DNA of 30,589 nucleotides from Fibrobacteria bacterium (lineage in GTDB: Bacteria > Fibrobacterota > Fibrobacteria > UBA11236). This document shows, piece by piece, positions 8,020 through 16,948 of this stretch. The notes beneath the pieces are model-generated. The model was not told the origin of the DNA. It did not search any database and worked only from the letters and a program-made list of their open reading frames with translations. A program made the translations under genes and the position numbers. Where the stretch lies: the NCBI GenBank assembly GCA_043745805.1, contig JAYTSD010000047.1:1-30589 (forward strand), in the 5' to 3' direction. The stretch's first letter is position 1, and every line of letters begins with the position of its first letter.

Positions 8020-10104
8020 ATGCAAACATTTTGGAAATACACGCTTTTATTAAGCGGCATAATGCCTTCAGTATGGGGTCAGGCAATCGACTCAACTGAG
8101 ACGGCGAATACAGCGAAGTCGTCATTATATGTTCCCGACACTTTAGAGTTACCTCAAGCCAATGCGAAAGCAAGAAAGGCCATTACTTCTTCGAATAGCC
8201 AAATAATTCGCGATCGCGATTTGTCTTTGCGCGTAATGACCGATCCAAGCGATGTGATAAAAGTAACTCCGGGTTTATTTACCGGACAACATGCAGGCGG
8301 TGGCAAAGCGAATCAATATTTTATTCGCGGCTTTGACGCGGATCATGGAACGGACTTGTCCTTGTGGTTTGATGGCATGCCGATTAACAATATAAGCCAT
8401 GGCCATGGACAAGGTTATGCGGATTTGCATTTCATCATTCCCGAATTGGTGGAACAAGTGCAAGTGAATAAAGGTCCTTATGCCATTGAGTATGGAGACT
8501 TAGCCACTGCAGGATCCGTAAGCATGAAAACCCGCAAGCGCTTTACGGAAAATGAATTGTATGTTACGGGAGGTATGGATAATACTTCTCGAGTACTCAG
8601 CATACTTACTCTGAACACACCTGCAAAGCCGATTTTAGCGGCGGAAGTATTTCGCTCTGATGGCCCGTTCAAAAATCCCGAAAATTTGGAGCGCTATAAT
8701 TTATTTTTAAAAACACCTATCACTGAAAACGCTAATTCTTCCTTGGATTTGACTTTGATGGCTTATGGCAGTGGTTGGAATGGCTCGGGGCAAGTGGCAC
8801 AGCGCGCTATTGATTCCGGTTGGATAAATCGTTTTGGATCGCTGGATCCTTCCGAAGGGGGTAGCTCGCAACGTCAAAGTGTTTCTTTGAATTATTTTTC
8901 CGCGCCCAGCGTAAATGAAGAATTTCAAGCGACGGCTTATTTAATTAATTATCGACTTTCACTTTATTCGGATTTTACTTTCTTTGCTGATGATTCTATC
9001 AATGGCGATGAGATTAATCAGCGGGATGATAGAACCGTGACGGGTTTCCAAGCGACCTATGAGCATAAACATAATTTAATGGGCTTGCCTGCGGAGGCCT
9101 TATTTGGCTTAGCTTCGCGCAATGATTTAATTCATACCAATTTGGATCATGCTAAAGAACGGAAACTATTAAATAAAAAAGTGGATGCGGAAACACGCGA
9201 AGGAAGTTACAGCACTTTTGTAAAGGAATCGATTACGCCTTTACCTTGGTTGTATTTAGAATTAGGTTTGCGTGGCGATCATTTTAGTTTTAATGTAACA
9301 GATAAGTTACTTGAAACTGGCGATAGCTCCATTACGGGTGTAAAAGATGCTTCCATTTTCAGTCCTAAAGTGAACGTCGTGGTAACGCCTATTCCCGGAA
9401 CCGATATTTATTTTAATTACGGTGAAGGCTTTCATTCTAATGATGCACGCGGGGTTACGACTACTATTGATCCCGCTCGTCCTTTAACCAAGGGTGTGGG
9501 ATATGAAGTGGGTACACGTACGCAATTATTTCAGCGTTGGGATTTAGCCGCTTCGCTTTGGCGTTTAGACATGGATGGCGAATTTGTTTGGGTGGGTGAC
9601 GGCGGTGGTACGGCAGAAAGCTTTGCTTCCAAAAGAATCGGTGTTGATTTCGAAACACGATTACAAATTTTATCTTGGTTGTGGGCGGATTTCGATATGA
9701 CTAAATGTACTGCCGATTATACGCATAATGCAGGAAATGGTACTGCTGTGGCTTTAGCGCCGCGACTCACCATGGCTGGTGGATTATCTATGCGTCATGC
9801 TTCGGGTGTGTATGGAAGTTTGCGTATGCAACATTTGGACGATCGGCCCGCGGATGAAGCGGGGAGCTTTATTGCGTATGGTTTCACTGTGTTTGATTTG
9901 GCTGTCGGATATCGTTATAAGAATTGGGAACTCATTGCAACTATAAGTAATCTATTTAATACTAAATGGTATAATGCTCAATTTGAAAATGATTCGCGGA
10001 TCAAAAATCCTCAAGGTGTAATAGAAGCGGCAACCGTTACCGATATGCATGTGGTTCCGGGAACGCCTTTTCATTTGCAAGGCGGGTTGAAGCTGTATTT
10101 TTAA
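8020..10104 (+). CDS. TonB-dependent outer membrane receptor, probably for a metal
   Basis: Signal peptide from ATG 8020; plug QHAGGGKANQYFIRGFDADHGTD...HGHGQGYADLHF, VNKGPY; NLFN; terminal GLKLYF. Confidence 0.92.
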   Translation: MQTFWKYTLLLSGIMPSVWGQAIDSTETANTAKSSLYVPDTLELPQANAKARKAITSSNSQIIRDRDLSLRVMTDPSDVIKVTPGLFTGQHAGGGKANQYFIRGFDADHGTDLSLWFDGMPINNISHGHGQGYADLHFIIPELVEQVQVNKGPYAIEYGDLATAGSVSMKTRKRFTENELYVTGGMDNTSRVLSILTLNTPAKPILAAEVFRSDGPFKNPENLERYNLFLKTPITENANSSLDLTLMAYGSGWNGSGQVAQRAIDSGWINRFGSLDPSEGGSSQRQSVSLNYFSAPSVNEEFQATAYLINYRLSLYSDFTFFADDSINGDEINQRDDRTVTGFQATYEHKHNLMGLPAEALFGLASRNDLIHTNLDHAKERKLLNKKVDAETREGSYSTFVKESITPLPWLYLELGLRGDHFSFNVTDKLLETGDSSITGVKDASIFSPKVNVVVTPIPGTDIYFNYGEGFHSNDARGVTTTIDPARPLTKGVGYEVGTRTQLFQRWDLAASLWRLDMDGEFVWVGDGGGTAESFASKRIGVDFETRLQILSWLWADFDMTKCTADYTHNAGNGTAVALAPRLTMAGGLSMRHASGVYGSLRMQHLDDRPADEAGSFIAYGFTVFDLAVGYRYKNWELIATISNLFNTKWYNAQFENDSRIKNPQGVIEAATVTDMHVVPGTPFHLQGGLKLYF

Positions 10105-10116
10105 TTTGTCTCTCCT

Positions 10117-10153
10117 TTGTCTCAATAAATCGCTTATCGAATTGTTGAGACAA
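10117..10153 (+). terminator. Hairpin downstream of the TonB receptor gene
   Basis: TTGTCTCAATAAATCG ... CGAATTGTTGAGACAA imperfect inverted repeat. Confidence 0.5.
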
Positions 10154-10265
10154 TTAAATCATACCTATAAGTTCGAACTACTTGTTTTCGTAACTTTCCT
10201 CTAAACCAATTACCCTTTATTCGCAACATTTTCTTATCTTATGTCGCGAAGTTCAAATGAACTTC

Positions 10266-10467
10266 TGCTTATAGGGAGCTTTCCTTACGAGGAAAGCATA
10301 ACGAGGAATTCCGTTTAAATCGGAAGCGAGCTCGTCGCTGTAAGCGGATCGAAACCCCGCACTGTGTTTACGCAGTAGCCACTGTTCTACAAAGAATGGG
10401 AAGGTGGGGAAGTAGTAGGAAACATTTATGTTTCCAATCCGCAAGCCAGAAGACTCACCTGCAAGTA
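10266..10467 (+). ncRNA. Cobalamin (B12) riboswitch
   Basis: AGGAAttccgtttAAATcggaa, GCTGTAA, GCCACTG...GGGAAGG and B12 box GCAAGCCAGAAGAC; P1 pairs 10266-10275 with 10458-10467; located upstream of metE. Confidence 0.92.
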
Positions 10468-10547
10468 TACCAATCATCTTCGAGGACAAGATGGATGGGT
10501 GGACAACTACAGCGTTTATCGCCATTGTTGCGCATTCCTTCTTCATG

Positions 10548-10569
10548 TTCTCCTAACTTAACAGGAGAA
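10548..10569 (+). promoter_or_regulatory. SD-sequestering hairpin (riboswitch expression platform) of metE
   Basis: TTCTCCT-aacttaac-AGGAGAA, 7-bp stem containing the SD, 3 nt before ATG 10573. Confidence 0.75.
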
Positions 10570-10572
10570 TTC

Positions 10573-12855
10573 ATGCCTATTAAAACTCATAATCTCGGCT
10601 ATCCGCGTATTGGAAAAAACCGTGAACTCAAAAAAGCCATTGAAGCTTATTGGGGGAGCCGTTTACCTGCGGTGGAATTACAACAAATCATCGCTACTTT
10701 GCGACAGCGAAATTGGTTAAAGCAAAAGGAAGCAGGAATTGAATTAATTCCTTCCAATGATTTTACCTTATATGATCAAGTACTCGATCATATTTGCTTA
10801 TTGGGTTGTCAGCCGGAACGCTTCGTAAAAAAAAGTTTAGTGTTTGGCATGGATGATTATTTCTCCATGGCACGAGGTTCAGCGAATGCAGAGGCGATGG
10901 AAATGACTAAATGGTTTGATACCAATTATCATTATCTAGTTCCTGAATTAAAAAAAAATCAAACCTTTCAATTAGCATCTACCAAACCTGTGGATGAATT
11001 TTATGAAGCTTTAGCCTTGGGAATTAAAACTAAGCCCGTGCTACTTGGGCCGGTGTCTTTTTTGCGTTTGGCAAAATGTGTTGGGACGTCCTTTGATAAA
11101 CTGACTTTGTTACCCAAACTAATACCTATTTATGCTTTACTCTTACAAGAGTTGAAGCGGATTGGAGTTGAATGGGTGCAAATCGATGAACCTATTTTAG
11201 CTATGGATTTAAACAACGAGGAACAGGAAGCTTTTATAAGTACCTACAAAATATTAGCAAGTTCAGCCCCCTCGATTATTTTGTGTAGTTATTTTGGAGC
11301 TTATGGATCTAACTTATCATTAGCACTTTCATTACCTGTAAATGCTTTACATTTGGATTTATGTAGAGGCGAAGAAGATTTTGATTTTGCATTAGAAAAT
11401 TTATCTTCTAGGTGCTTATTATCCTTGGGTCTAGTAGATGGTCGAAATATTTGGAAAAATAACTTTGCGCATTCCTTAGCACTTATCGAAAAAGCCAAAG
11501 AAAAATTAGGGGAAGCAAGGCTTTGGATTGCTCCTTCTTGTTCACTACTTCATTCTCCTTTATCACTGGCCATGGAAGACAAGCCCTCAGGTATTCCCCA
11601 CGAATTATCCCGCTGGATGTCTTTTGCAGAAGAGAAATTAATCGAAGTTAAAACTTTAGCGCATTTGGCCAGTGTGAGTAACAGCAAAGATACTCTTGAA
11701 TACCAAAATAATCAGGACGATATCGGGCATCGTAAAGATCATGCCGCTTTGAAAATTAGGAGCGTGCAAGAGAAATGTGAAAATGTTAAAACGGAGCATT
11801 TGCGCAGAAAATCAGTTTTTAGTCAAAGAAAAGTTGTTCAACAAAATAAATTACAATTACCGAATTTTCCGACAACTACAATCGGATCTTTTCCGCAAAC
11901 TGAAGCGGTGCGTCAAGCGCGAGCAAATGCAAAGAATGGATCATGGTCTATGCTGCAGTACCGTAATTTTCTAAAAGCGGAAACTATACGGGTGGTTAAG
12001 TTGCAGGAGGATTTAGGTTTAGATGTGCTGGTACATGGCGAATTTGAACGTAATGATATGGTGGAATATTTTGGAGAGAAATTACATGGCTTTACTTTCA
12101 GCGCGAATGGCTGGGTGCAGAGTTATGGAACACGCTGCGTGAAACCACCTATTATTTTTGGTGATGTTTGTCGCCGTGAGGCCATGACAGTGGAATGGTC
12201 ATCTTTTGCGCAAGCAGCTACTACAAAACCCATGAAAGGTATGTTAACTGGACCGGTTACTATTTTGAAATGGAGTTTCGTGCGCGACGATCAGCCTTTG
12301 GATGTTACAGCTAGGCAAATAGCTTGGGCTATCCGTGAAGAAGTATTGGACTTAGAAACGGCAGGGTTACCCATAATTCAAATTGATGAGCCTGCTTTGC
12401 GTGAAGGAATGCCTTTACGACCAGACGCTGCAAAGATTTATCTTAAATGGGCTGTGGAAGCATTTCAATTATCTGCTTCAGGTGTTCGTGACGAAACCCA
12501 AATCCATACACATATGTGTTACTGTGACTTTCATGAAATCCTAGATTCTGTGGCTGCTATGGATGCAGATGTTATTTCACTGGAAGCTGCACGTTCACGT
12601 ATGGAGTTGCTAGAAGCATTTGTGCATTTCGACTATCCCAATGGGGTTGGTCCAGGTATTTGGGATATTCATTCTCCGCGTATTCCAACAGTTATTGAAA
12701 TGGAAAAGCTATTACTAAAGGCAAGTGAAAGAGTTGAGAAAGGTAACTTATGGGTTAACCCAGACTGTGGCCTTAAAACTCGAGGCTGGCCGGAAGTACT
12801 TCAGGCTCTTGAACATATGGTGACGGCTGCGAAACTTCTGCGAAAGGTTTTTTAA
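10573..12855 (+). CDS. metE: Cobalamin-independent methionine synthase
   Basis: True start MPIKTHNLGYPRIG at 10573; MTKWFDTNYHY, PTTTIGSFPQT, HGEFERNDMVEYF; Zn ligands in HTHMCY and NPDCGLKTR. Confidence 0.97.
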   Translation: MPIKTHNLGYPRIGKNRELKKAIEAYWGSRLPAVELQQIIATLRQRNWLKQKEAGIELIPSNDFTLYDQVLDHICLLGCQPERFVKKSLVFGMDDYFSMARGSANAEAMEMTKWFDTNYHYLVPELKKNQTFQLASTKPVDEFYEALALGIKTKPVLLGPVSFLRLAKCVGTSFDKLTLLPKLIPIYALLLQELKRIGVEWVQIDEPILAMDLNNEEQEAFISTYKILASSAPSIILCSYFGAYGSNLSLALSLPVNALHLDLCRGEEDFDFALENLSSRCLLSLGLVDGRNIWKNNFAHSLALIEKAKEKLGEARLWIAPSCSLLHSPLSLAMEDKPSGIPHELSRWMSFAEEKLIEVKTLAHLASVSNSKDTLEYQNNQDDIGHRKDHAALKIRSVQEKCENVKTEHLRRKSVFSQRKVVQQNKLQLPNFPTTTIGSFPQTEAVRQARANAKNGSWSMLQYRNFLKAETIRVVKLQEDLGLDVLVHGEFERNDMVEYFGEKLHGFTFSANGWVQSYGTRCVKPPIIFGDVCRREAMTVEWSSFAQAATTKPMKGMLTGPVTILKWSFVRDDQPLDVTARQIAWAIREEVLDLETAGLPIIQIDEPALREGMPLRPDAAKIYLKWAVEAFQLSASGVRDETQIHTHMCYCDFHEILDSVAAMDADVISLEAARSRMELLEAFVHFDYPNGVGPGIWDIHSPRIPTVIEMEKLLLKASERVEKGNLWVNPDCGLKTRGWPEVLQALEHMVTAAKLLRKVF

Positions 12856-12867
12856 GGCGGGGCGCTT

Positions 12868-12930
12868 AATTAAAGGCCTGGCTATATCTAATCGAAATAT
12901 GATTCGACTAGTTTCTAGCCAAGCTTAATT
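12868..12930. terminator. Long imperfect hairpin between convergent genes
   Basis: AATTAA..TGGCTA..TCGAA-atatga-TTCGA..TAGCCA..TTAATT. Confidence 0.45.
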
Positions 12931-13755
12931 TTATTTTGAAAACTTAATTTCCACTCCCAAATCCCAATCAAAGCGGGTATTTTTACCTAAGGCAATTTCT
13001 AAGGATTGGGTAACGGATAGATTTTTTGAAAAATAATCCACTGCTAACCCTAAATTTTGATGCATTCTTCCTTGACCTTCTAATTTTCCAAAAGCATATT
13101 GTCCATTGAATTGCAATTCCGGCCTTAAGGATAAAGCGGGTAGAGATTTTCCCATTGCCAAGCGATAGAGAAATTCATGATCTTCATGGGGTTGAACATA
13201 AAGTGGTGAAAGCGTCTCCATGGGCATAGCCATCATATTGCTTTCATGTTCATGCGCAAAAATTACCGAGCGAAAACCTAAACCTATTGAACTCTCTAAA
13301 ATATGGCCTTGATAGAGATAATTGATAAAAGGCACAAGCATCCAATGATCGGTGCCGATGCCATCCTCTTCATCGCCAAAGGGCAATTCCAACTGTGAAC
13401 CGAGAACAATAATGTTTTGCGAGGACAAATGTTGTTCGCGAGAAATAGAAAGTAAGGGATTACCCGTACCGATTTTATTCTCGTCCATTATATGCAAGCG
13501 AACCACCGGGATGCTTGCTCCGAAAACCCATTGTTGCAGGCCTAAATATTCTAGGCGTGGAATAGCTTCGGAATAGTAACCGTTATTTTCCAGCGAAAAT
13601 TCTACTTGATGTAATGCTAGGCTAGTGCGAAAAAATTTGACTTCAGCGTCGGGACGCGGGCAAAAATTTAATCCACAATGGGCATACATGTTTTGTTGAA
13701 ATAGCCCTAAGTATAGAGCCATAAAGAACATATTTAATAAATACATACGTAACAT
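12931..13755 (-). CDS. Putative outer-membrane beta-barrel protein with metal-binding motifs
   Basis: SD GGAG before ATG 13755; signal peptide ending ...MYA, mature start HCGLNFCP; GTGNP...GSQLELPFG motif typical of small transporter-like barrels; loop HEHESNMMAMPM...HEDHE; amphipathic C-terminal strand LGVEIKF. Confidence 0.65.
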   Translation of the reverse strand: MLRMYLLNMFFMALYLGLFQQNMYAHCGLNFCPRPDAEVKFFRTSLALHQVEFSLENNGYYSEAIPRLEYLGLQQWVFGASIPVVRLHIMDENKIGTGNPLLSISREQHLSSQNIIVLGSQLELPFGDEEDGIGTDHWMLVPFINYLYQGHILESSIGLGFRSVIFAHEHESNMMAMPMETLSPLYVQPHEDHEFLYRLAMGKSLPALSLRPELQFNGQYAFGKLEGQGRMHQNLGLAVDYFSKNLSVTQSLEIALGKNTRFDWDLGVEIKFSK

Positions 13756-13959
13756 AAAACTCCGAATAAAAAGTGGTGAGTGCAATATGCAGAACTTGGC
13801 TTATTCAAGCCCGTCCAGAACTATATTGTCAAGTGAGAATGTTGTTAAAGATTAATATATGGCCCACCAACGGAAAACTGTAAATTTTTTCCGTGAGCAA
13901 AACCTAACTGGGTTCGGATATGATCGTAACTTTAATGTTACTATATCAAAATGGAGAGA

Positions 13960-14442
13960 TTATGCGAGTATGGGGACTTTTTCAGGAGGGGGAGGGGTTA
14001 ATCCTATATAGCGAGGATTAAAATCAAAATGCTTTAATAATTTAGAATGCACACCATTCGTGAAAAAATCTTCCAGGGGAACATGCGGCTCAAATTTGGG
14101 AGCAGAAGTGAAGGCATCTTGTTGATGTGAATCACAACGATCGACAGCTAGCCAGCAATCCCCGACATTGCGCGCAATTTGATTTTCATGGCCATTTTCA
14201 GGAGCGCCAAAACCTTTTTTAAAACAACAACATTTCAATTTGCATTGCAAAGCATTTTTACACGCGCATTGATGATGGGCGCAAGGAAAATCTTCGTTGA
14301 TATGTGCTATTTGGAATAATTGGGAAACGGGAGCGATAATTTGCGCAGAAAAAGCCAGATATAGTAAAATTAGACCGGAGCCAATTAACTTCAGGGTTAA
14401 GCGGCCAAGTCTGGAATTTGTCCTAAACCGTACAGTGTTCAT
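13960..14442 (-). CDS. Exported Cys/His-rich protein with C-terminal polyproline (putative leader/arrest regulator)
   Basis: N-terminal hydrophobic segment, FPCAHHQCACKNALQCKLKCCCF, CWLAVDRCDSH, C-terminal TPPPPEKVPILA*. Start reassigned to ATG 14442. Confidence 0.7.
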   Translation of the reverse strand: MNTVRFRTNSRLGRLTLKLIGSGLILLYLAFSAQIIAPVSQLFQIAHINEDFPCAHHQCACKNALQCKLKCCCFKKGFGAPENGHENQIARNVGDCWLAVDRCDSHQQDAFTSAPKFEPHVPLEDFFTNGVHSKLLKHFDFNPRYIGLTPPPPEKVPILA

Positions 14443-14592
14443 ATCAATAATGCTAATAGTAATAAAATGTAAATCCCGAACACCATATAAAATCTCGAAA
14501 AATCTAAAATCAAAACGCATTTTCCAATCTATTCTCTATATTTAGGGGATAATATTTCTCTAGCCAACTTGGCTAATTATCAAAGGACAATT

Positions 14593-15045
14593 ATGAAAAT
14601 ATTTAGCTTAATTAAAAAATCTTTTTTTGCGAAAATCATTGTGACCTTAACGATTTCCTTGAGTGCTTTCGCCGTTATGAATTGTGATAGTTCAAAGGAT
14701 CAGAATGCCACTTTGAAAATTATTTCCCCTGCGCAAAATGCAGAGGTATACGGCTCAGATTTTGAGTTAAAGGTTAAAACCACCAACTTTACTTATGCAG
14801 TTGGGGCTGTGGAAAAAATTTCAGCTGCACAATCTTCCATAAAAGGGGGACATGTTCATGTATTTATGGATACACCAGTTTCTGAAGTAAATGAACTTTT
14901 AACCATGCATGAAGATAGCGTAAGAATTTTTGTTGAAGGTGATGGTTGGCATTATATTATAGTTACCGGAGCGGATTCTTCACATACGCCTGTGACAACA
15001 ATGAGGGATTCCGTTAAATTCCATGTAAATTTCCCAGCTAATTAG
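14593..15045 (+). CDS. Lipoprotein with Ig-like fold and GHxH motif (DUF4399-like, putative metal binding)
   Basis: SD AAGGA and ATG 14593; lipobox-like AVMN-C; LKIISPAQNAEV; GHVHVFMD...WHYIIVTGADSSHTP. Confidence 0.65.
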   Translation: MKIFSLIKKSFFAKIIVTLTISLSAFAVMNCDSSKDQNATLKIISPAQNAEVYGSDFELKVKTTNFTYAVGAVEKISAAQSSIKGGHVHVFMDTPVSEVNELLTMHEDSVRIFVEGDGWHYIIVTGADSSHTPVTTMRDSVKFHVNFPAN

Positions 15046-15077
15046 CCGCAAACCCTATTTATGAAATATCCTGTTCA

Positions 15078-15488
15078 TTAATAGGGTAACTTGGAGCGTA
15101 CTAGATTAAATACTAAAGCTCCAAGCAATGCACCTGCCAAGGTGAAAAAAGCAAAATATTCGCCCACACCTATTTGTGCATAAATGGGGCCTGGACAAGT
15201 TCCAGCAAAAAACCAACCTAATCCGAAAATAAATCCACCGATAAATTTGCCTTTATCCATTTTCTTTTCCGGTATAAAAGGAGTTTGCCCTGCGAAGGTT
15301 TTTATTGCGAATTTGCGAATAATATAAAGCGAGATTGCGCCGACAGCTACTGCTGAACCGATAATCAAATAAAGATCGGGTTCGCGAAAATAAAACATAT
15401 TGCGGATTTTAAACCAAGAAATAACTTGGGCTTTGGTAAGTAAAATTCCAAAAAAGATTCCCATTAATAATAGTTTAAGTTTTTTCAT
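15078..15488 (-). CDS. YeeE/YedE-family sulfur transport protein (second half-size subunit)
   Basis: GGFIFGLGWFFAGTCPGP motif, 4 TM segments. Confidence 0.88.
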   Translation of the reverse strand: MKKLKLLLMGIFFGILLTKAQVISWFKIRNMFYFREPDLYLIIGSAVAVGAISLYIIRKFAIKTFAGQTPFIPEKKMDKGKFIGGFIFGLGWFFAGTCPGPIYAQIGVGEYFAFFTLAGALLGALVFNLVRSKLPY

Positions 15489-15500
15489 TATTTGTTTCCT

Positions 15501-15983
15501 CTATCTTAATAGCAAAGTGATTGCGGCTGCGACTAAGCCTCCGGCAAAGAATCCTAGCACGGCCACTAAGCTTGCTAATTGTAAAGAAGACAATCCGAAA
15601 ATAGCATGTCCTGAAGTGCATCCTTCGGCATAACGAGTTCCAAAACCTATAAGGAATCCGCCCGCGAGTAATTTTGCTGCACCTGAAAGTGAATGATAAC
15701 TTTCAGGAAACAGAAATATTGGAACGCGAGAAAGAAAATGGGCGACAATAAAACCTCCCAAAATTAACCCTATAGCAAAAATAATTTTCCAACTTTCTTT
15801 ACGGTTTCCAGCATCATTGCGCAATTTTGGAGTAAACGTGGAGAATACCGTAACACATAAGTTCTGGAAAGTGCTGGAAATTCCTAAAGCTTTATTGGAA
15901 AGCAGTAATAATAAGGGAACCGTTAAACCGATTAAGGGGCCAGTAACATACCATGGCCAGGGATCTAAAATACTATCAAACAT
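15501..15983 (-). CDS. YeeE/YedE-family thiosulfate/sulfur transport protein (first half-size subunit)
   Basis: WPWYVTGPLIG, LGISS, GFGTRYAEGCTSGHAIFG. Confidence 0.9.
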   Translation of the reverse strand: MFDSILDPWPWYVTGPLIGLTVPLLLLLSNKALGISSTFQNLCVTVFSTFTPKLRNDAGNRKESWKIIFAIGLILGGFIVAHFLSRVPIFLFPESYHSLSGAAKLLAGGFLIGFGTRYAEGCTSGHAIFGLSSLQLASLVAVLGFFAGGLVAAAITLLLR

Positions 15984-16252
15984 TGGTTTTCATCTCGTTG
16001 GGTTTAAGCATTTGATCCAAGTCATTAATAGCAAAGATAAAATTGTTTTAAAACTTCAAAAATTCTCATGCTTGATATGTTGTATACCGCTTCAAATCGG
16101 CATTTGTGACCTTTTTGTAAAGGACCTACTAAATTTGTATGGAAACATTTTTTATGAATTCCACTTGTCTAGCAACTATCCTTCAAGTAAAACCGCTTCA
16201 TCTTGGTCGCGTAAATAATGATTTGAAGCATCTTTAGGAGATAGTATGCGAG

Positions 16253-16714
16253 TTACTTAAACTCTAAGGAATAATGATCGAAAACCATATCTTGTTTATA
16301 CTGCAAAGAATCATAAACACTTTTTGCGGTGACATTATCTTTTTGTGTGGAAAGACTGAGGCGTTTCGCTTGCGTGTTCAAGGCTAAATCTTTGGCCATA
16401 TTCATTAAATGTTGCGCAATCCCTAAACGACGAAAAGCTTTATTCACAAATAAATCATTGAGTATCCAAATTCTCCGCATGGACACGGAAGAGAAAGAAG
16501 GATAAAGCTGCACAAATCCAGCTGGAGTGTCCCCTTGCATGGCGAAATAAATTACGGAATCTTTTTGTTTCAAGCGTTCACCAATAAAAAGGGTGACATC
16601 AGTTAAATCGGATTTTTGCCCATAAAAAATTCGGTATTCATTGAATAAATAAGCAAGCGAGGGAAGATTTGCTTCGCTTCCTGTTTGATACAAAATAAGG
16701 TTTGCAGTGTTCAT
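16253..16714 (-). CDS. GNAT-family N-acetyltransferase
   Basis: LFNEYRIFY, GFVQLYPSFSSVSM, ILNDLFV...RRLGIA, AKSVYDSL. Start likely ATG 16714 (track gives 16738). Confidence 0.9.
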   Translation of the reverse strand: MNTANLILYQTGSEANLPSLAYLFNEYRIFYGQKSDLTDVTLFIGERLKQKDSVIYFAMQGDTPAGFVQLYPSFSSVSMRRIWILNDLFVNKAFRRLGIAQHLMNMAKDLALNTQAKRLSLSTQKDNVTAKSVYDSLQYKQDMVFDHYSLEFK

Positions 16715-16948
16715 AAGCAAAATATAATTGCTTCGCATATTAAACTTACCTAAGCCAGACTTTTCTGTGCAGAATCATCGAAAATACTTTTCTAAAAAAC
16801 AATAATAGCCTATTTTCTTATTTAATTCTTACTTAAGAAATTGACCTATAGGCATTGAAAGAGCATAATAAAGCGAAGTCTTGAATCGGGGAAAAATGAA
16901 AATCGATTTGCATATTGAGTTGAATGTTAAGTCTTTAGGAAATACTCC

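Noticed and set aside
10220..10250. Inverted repeat TTCGCAACAT-N11-ATGTCGCGAA upstream of the riboswitch
   Set aside because: Single occurrence with no matching regulator consensus I can name; could be chance
10253..10546. 97-aa minus-strand ORF
   Set aside because: Antisense to the cobalamin riboswitch; no recognisable protein features
10396..10572. 59-aa N-terminal extension of MetE in the ORF track
   Set aside because: Overlaps the riboswitch; MetE similarity and a strong SD point to ATG 10573
15984..16252. Possible small regulator gene upstream of the YeeE pair (also ORF 15817-16218 plus)
   Set aside because: No convincing minus-strand ORF; the plus ORF overlaps yeeE antisense and has no motif
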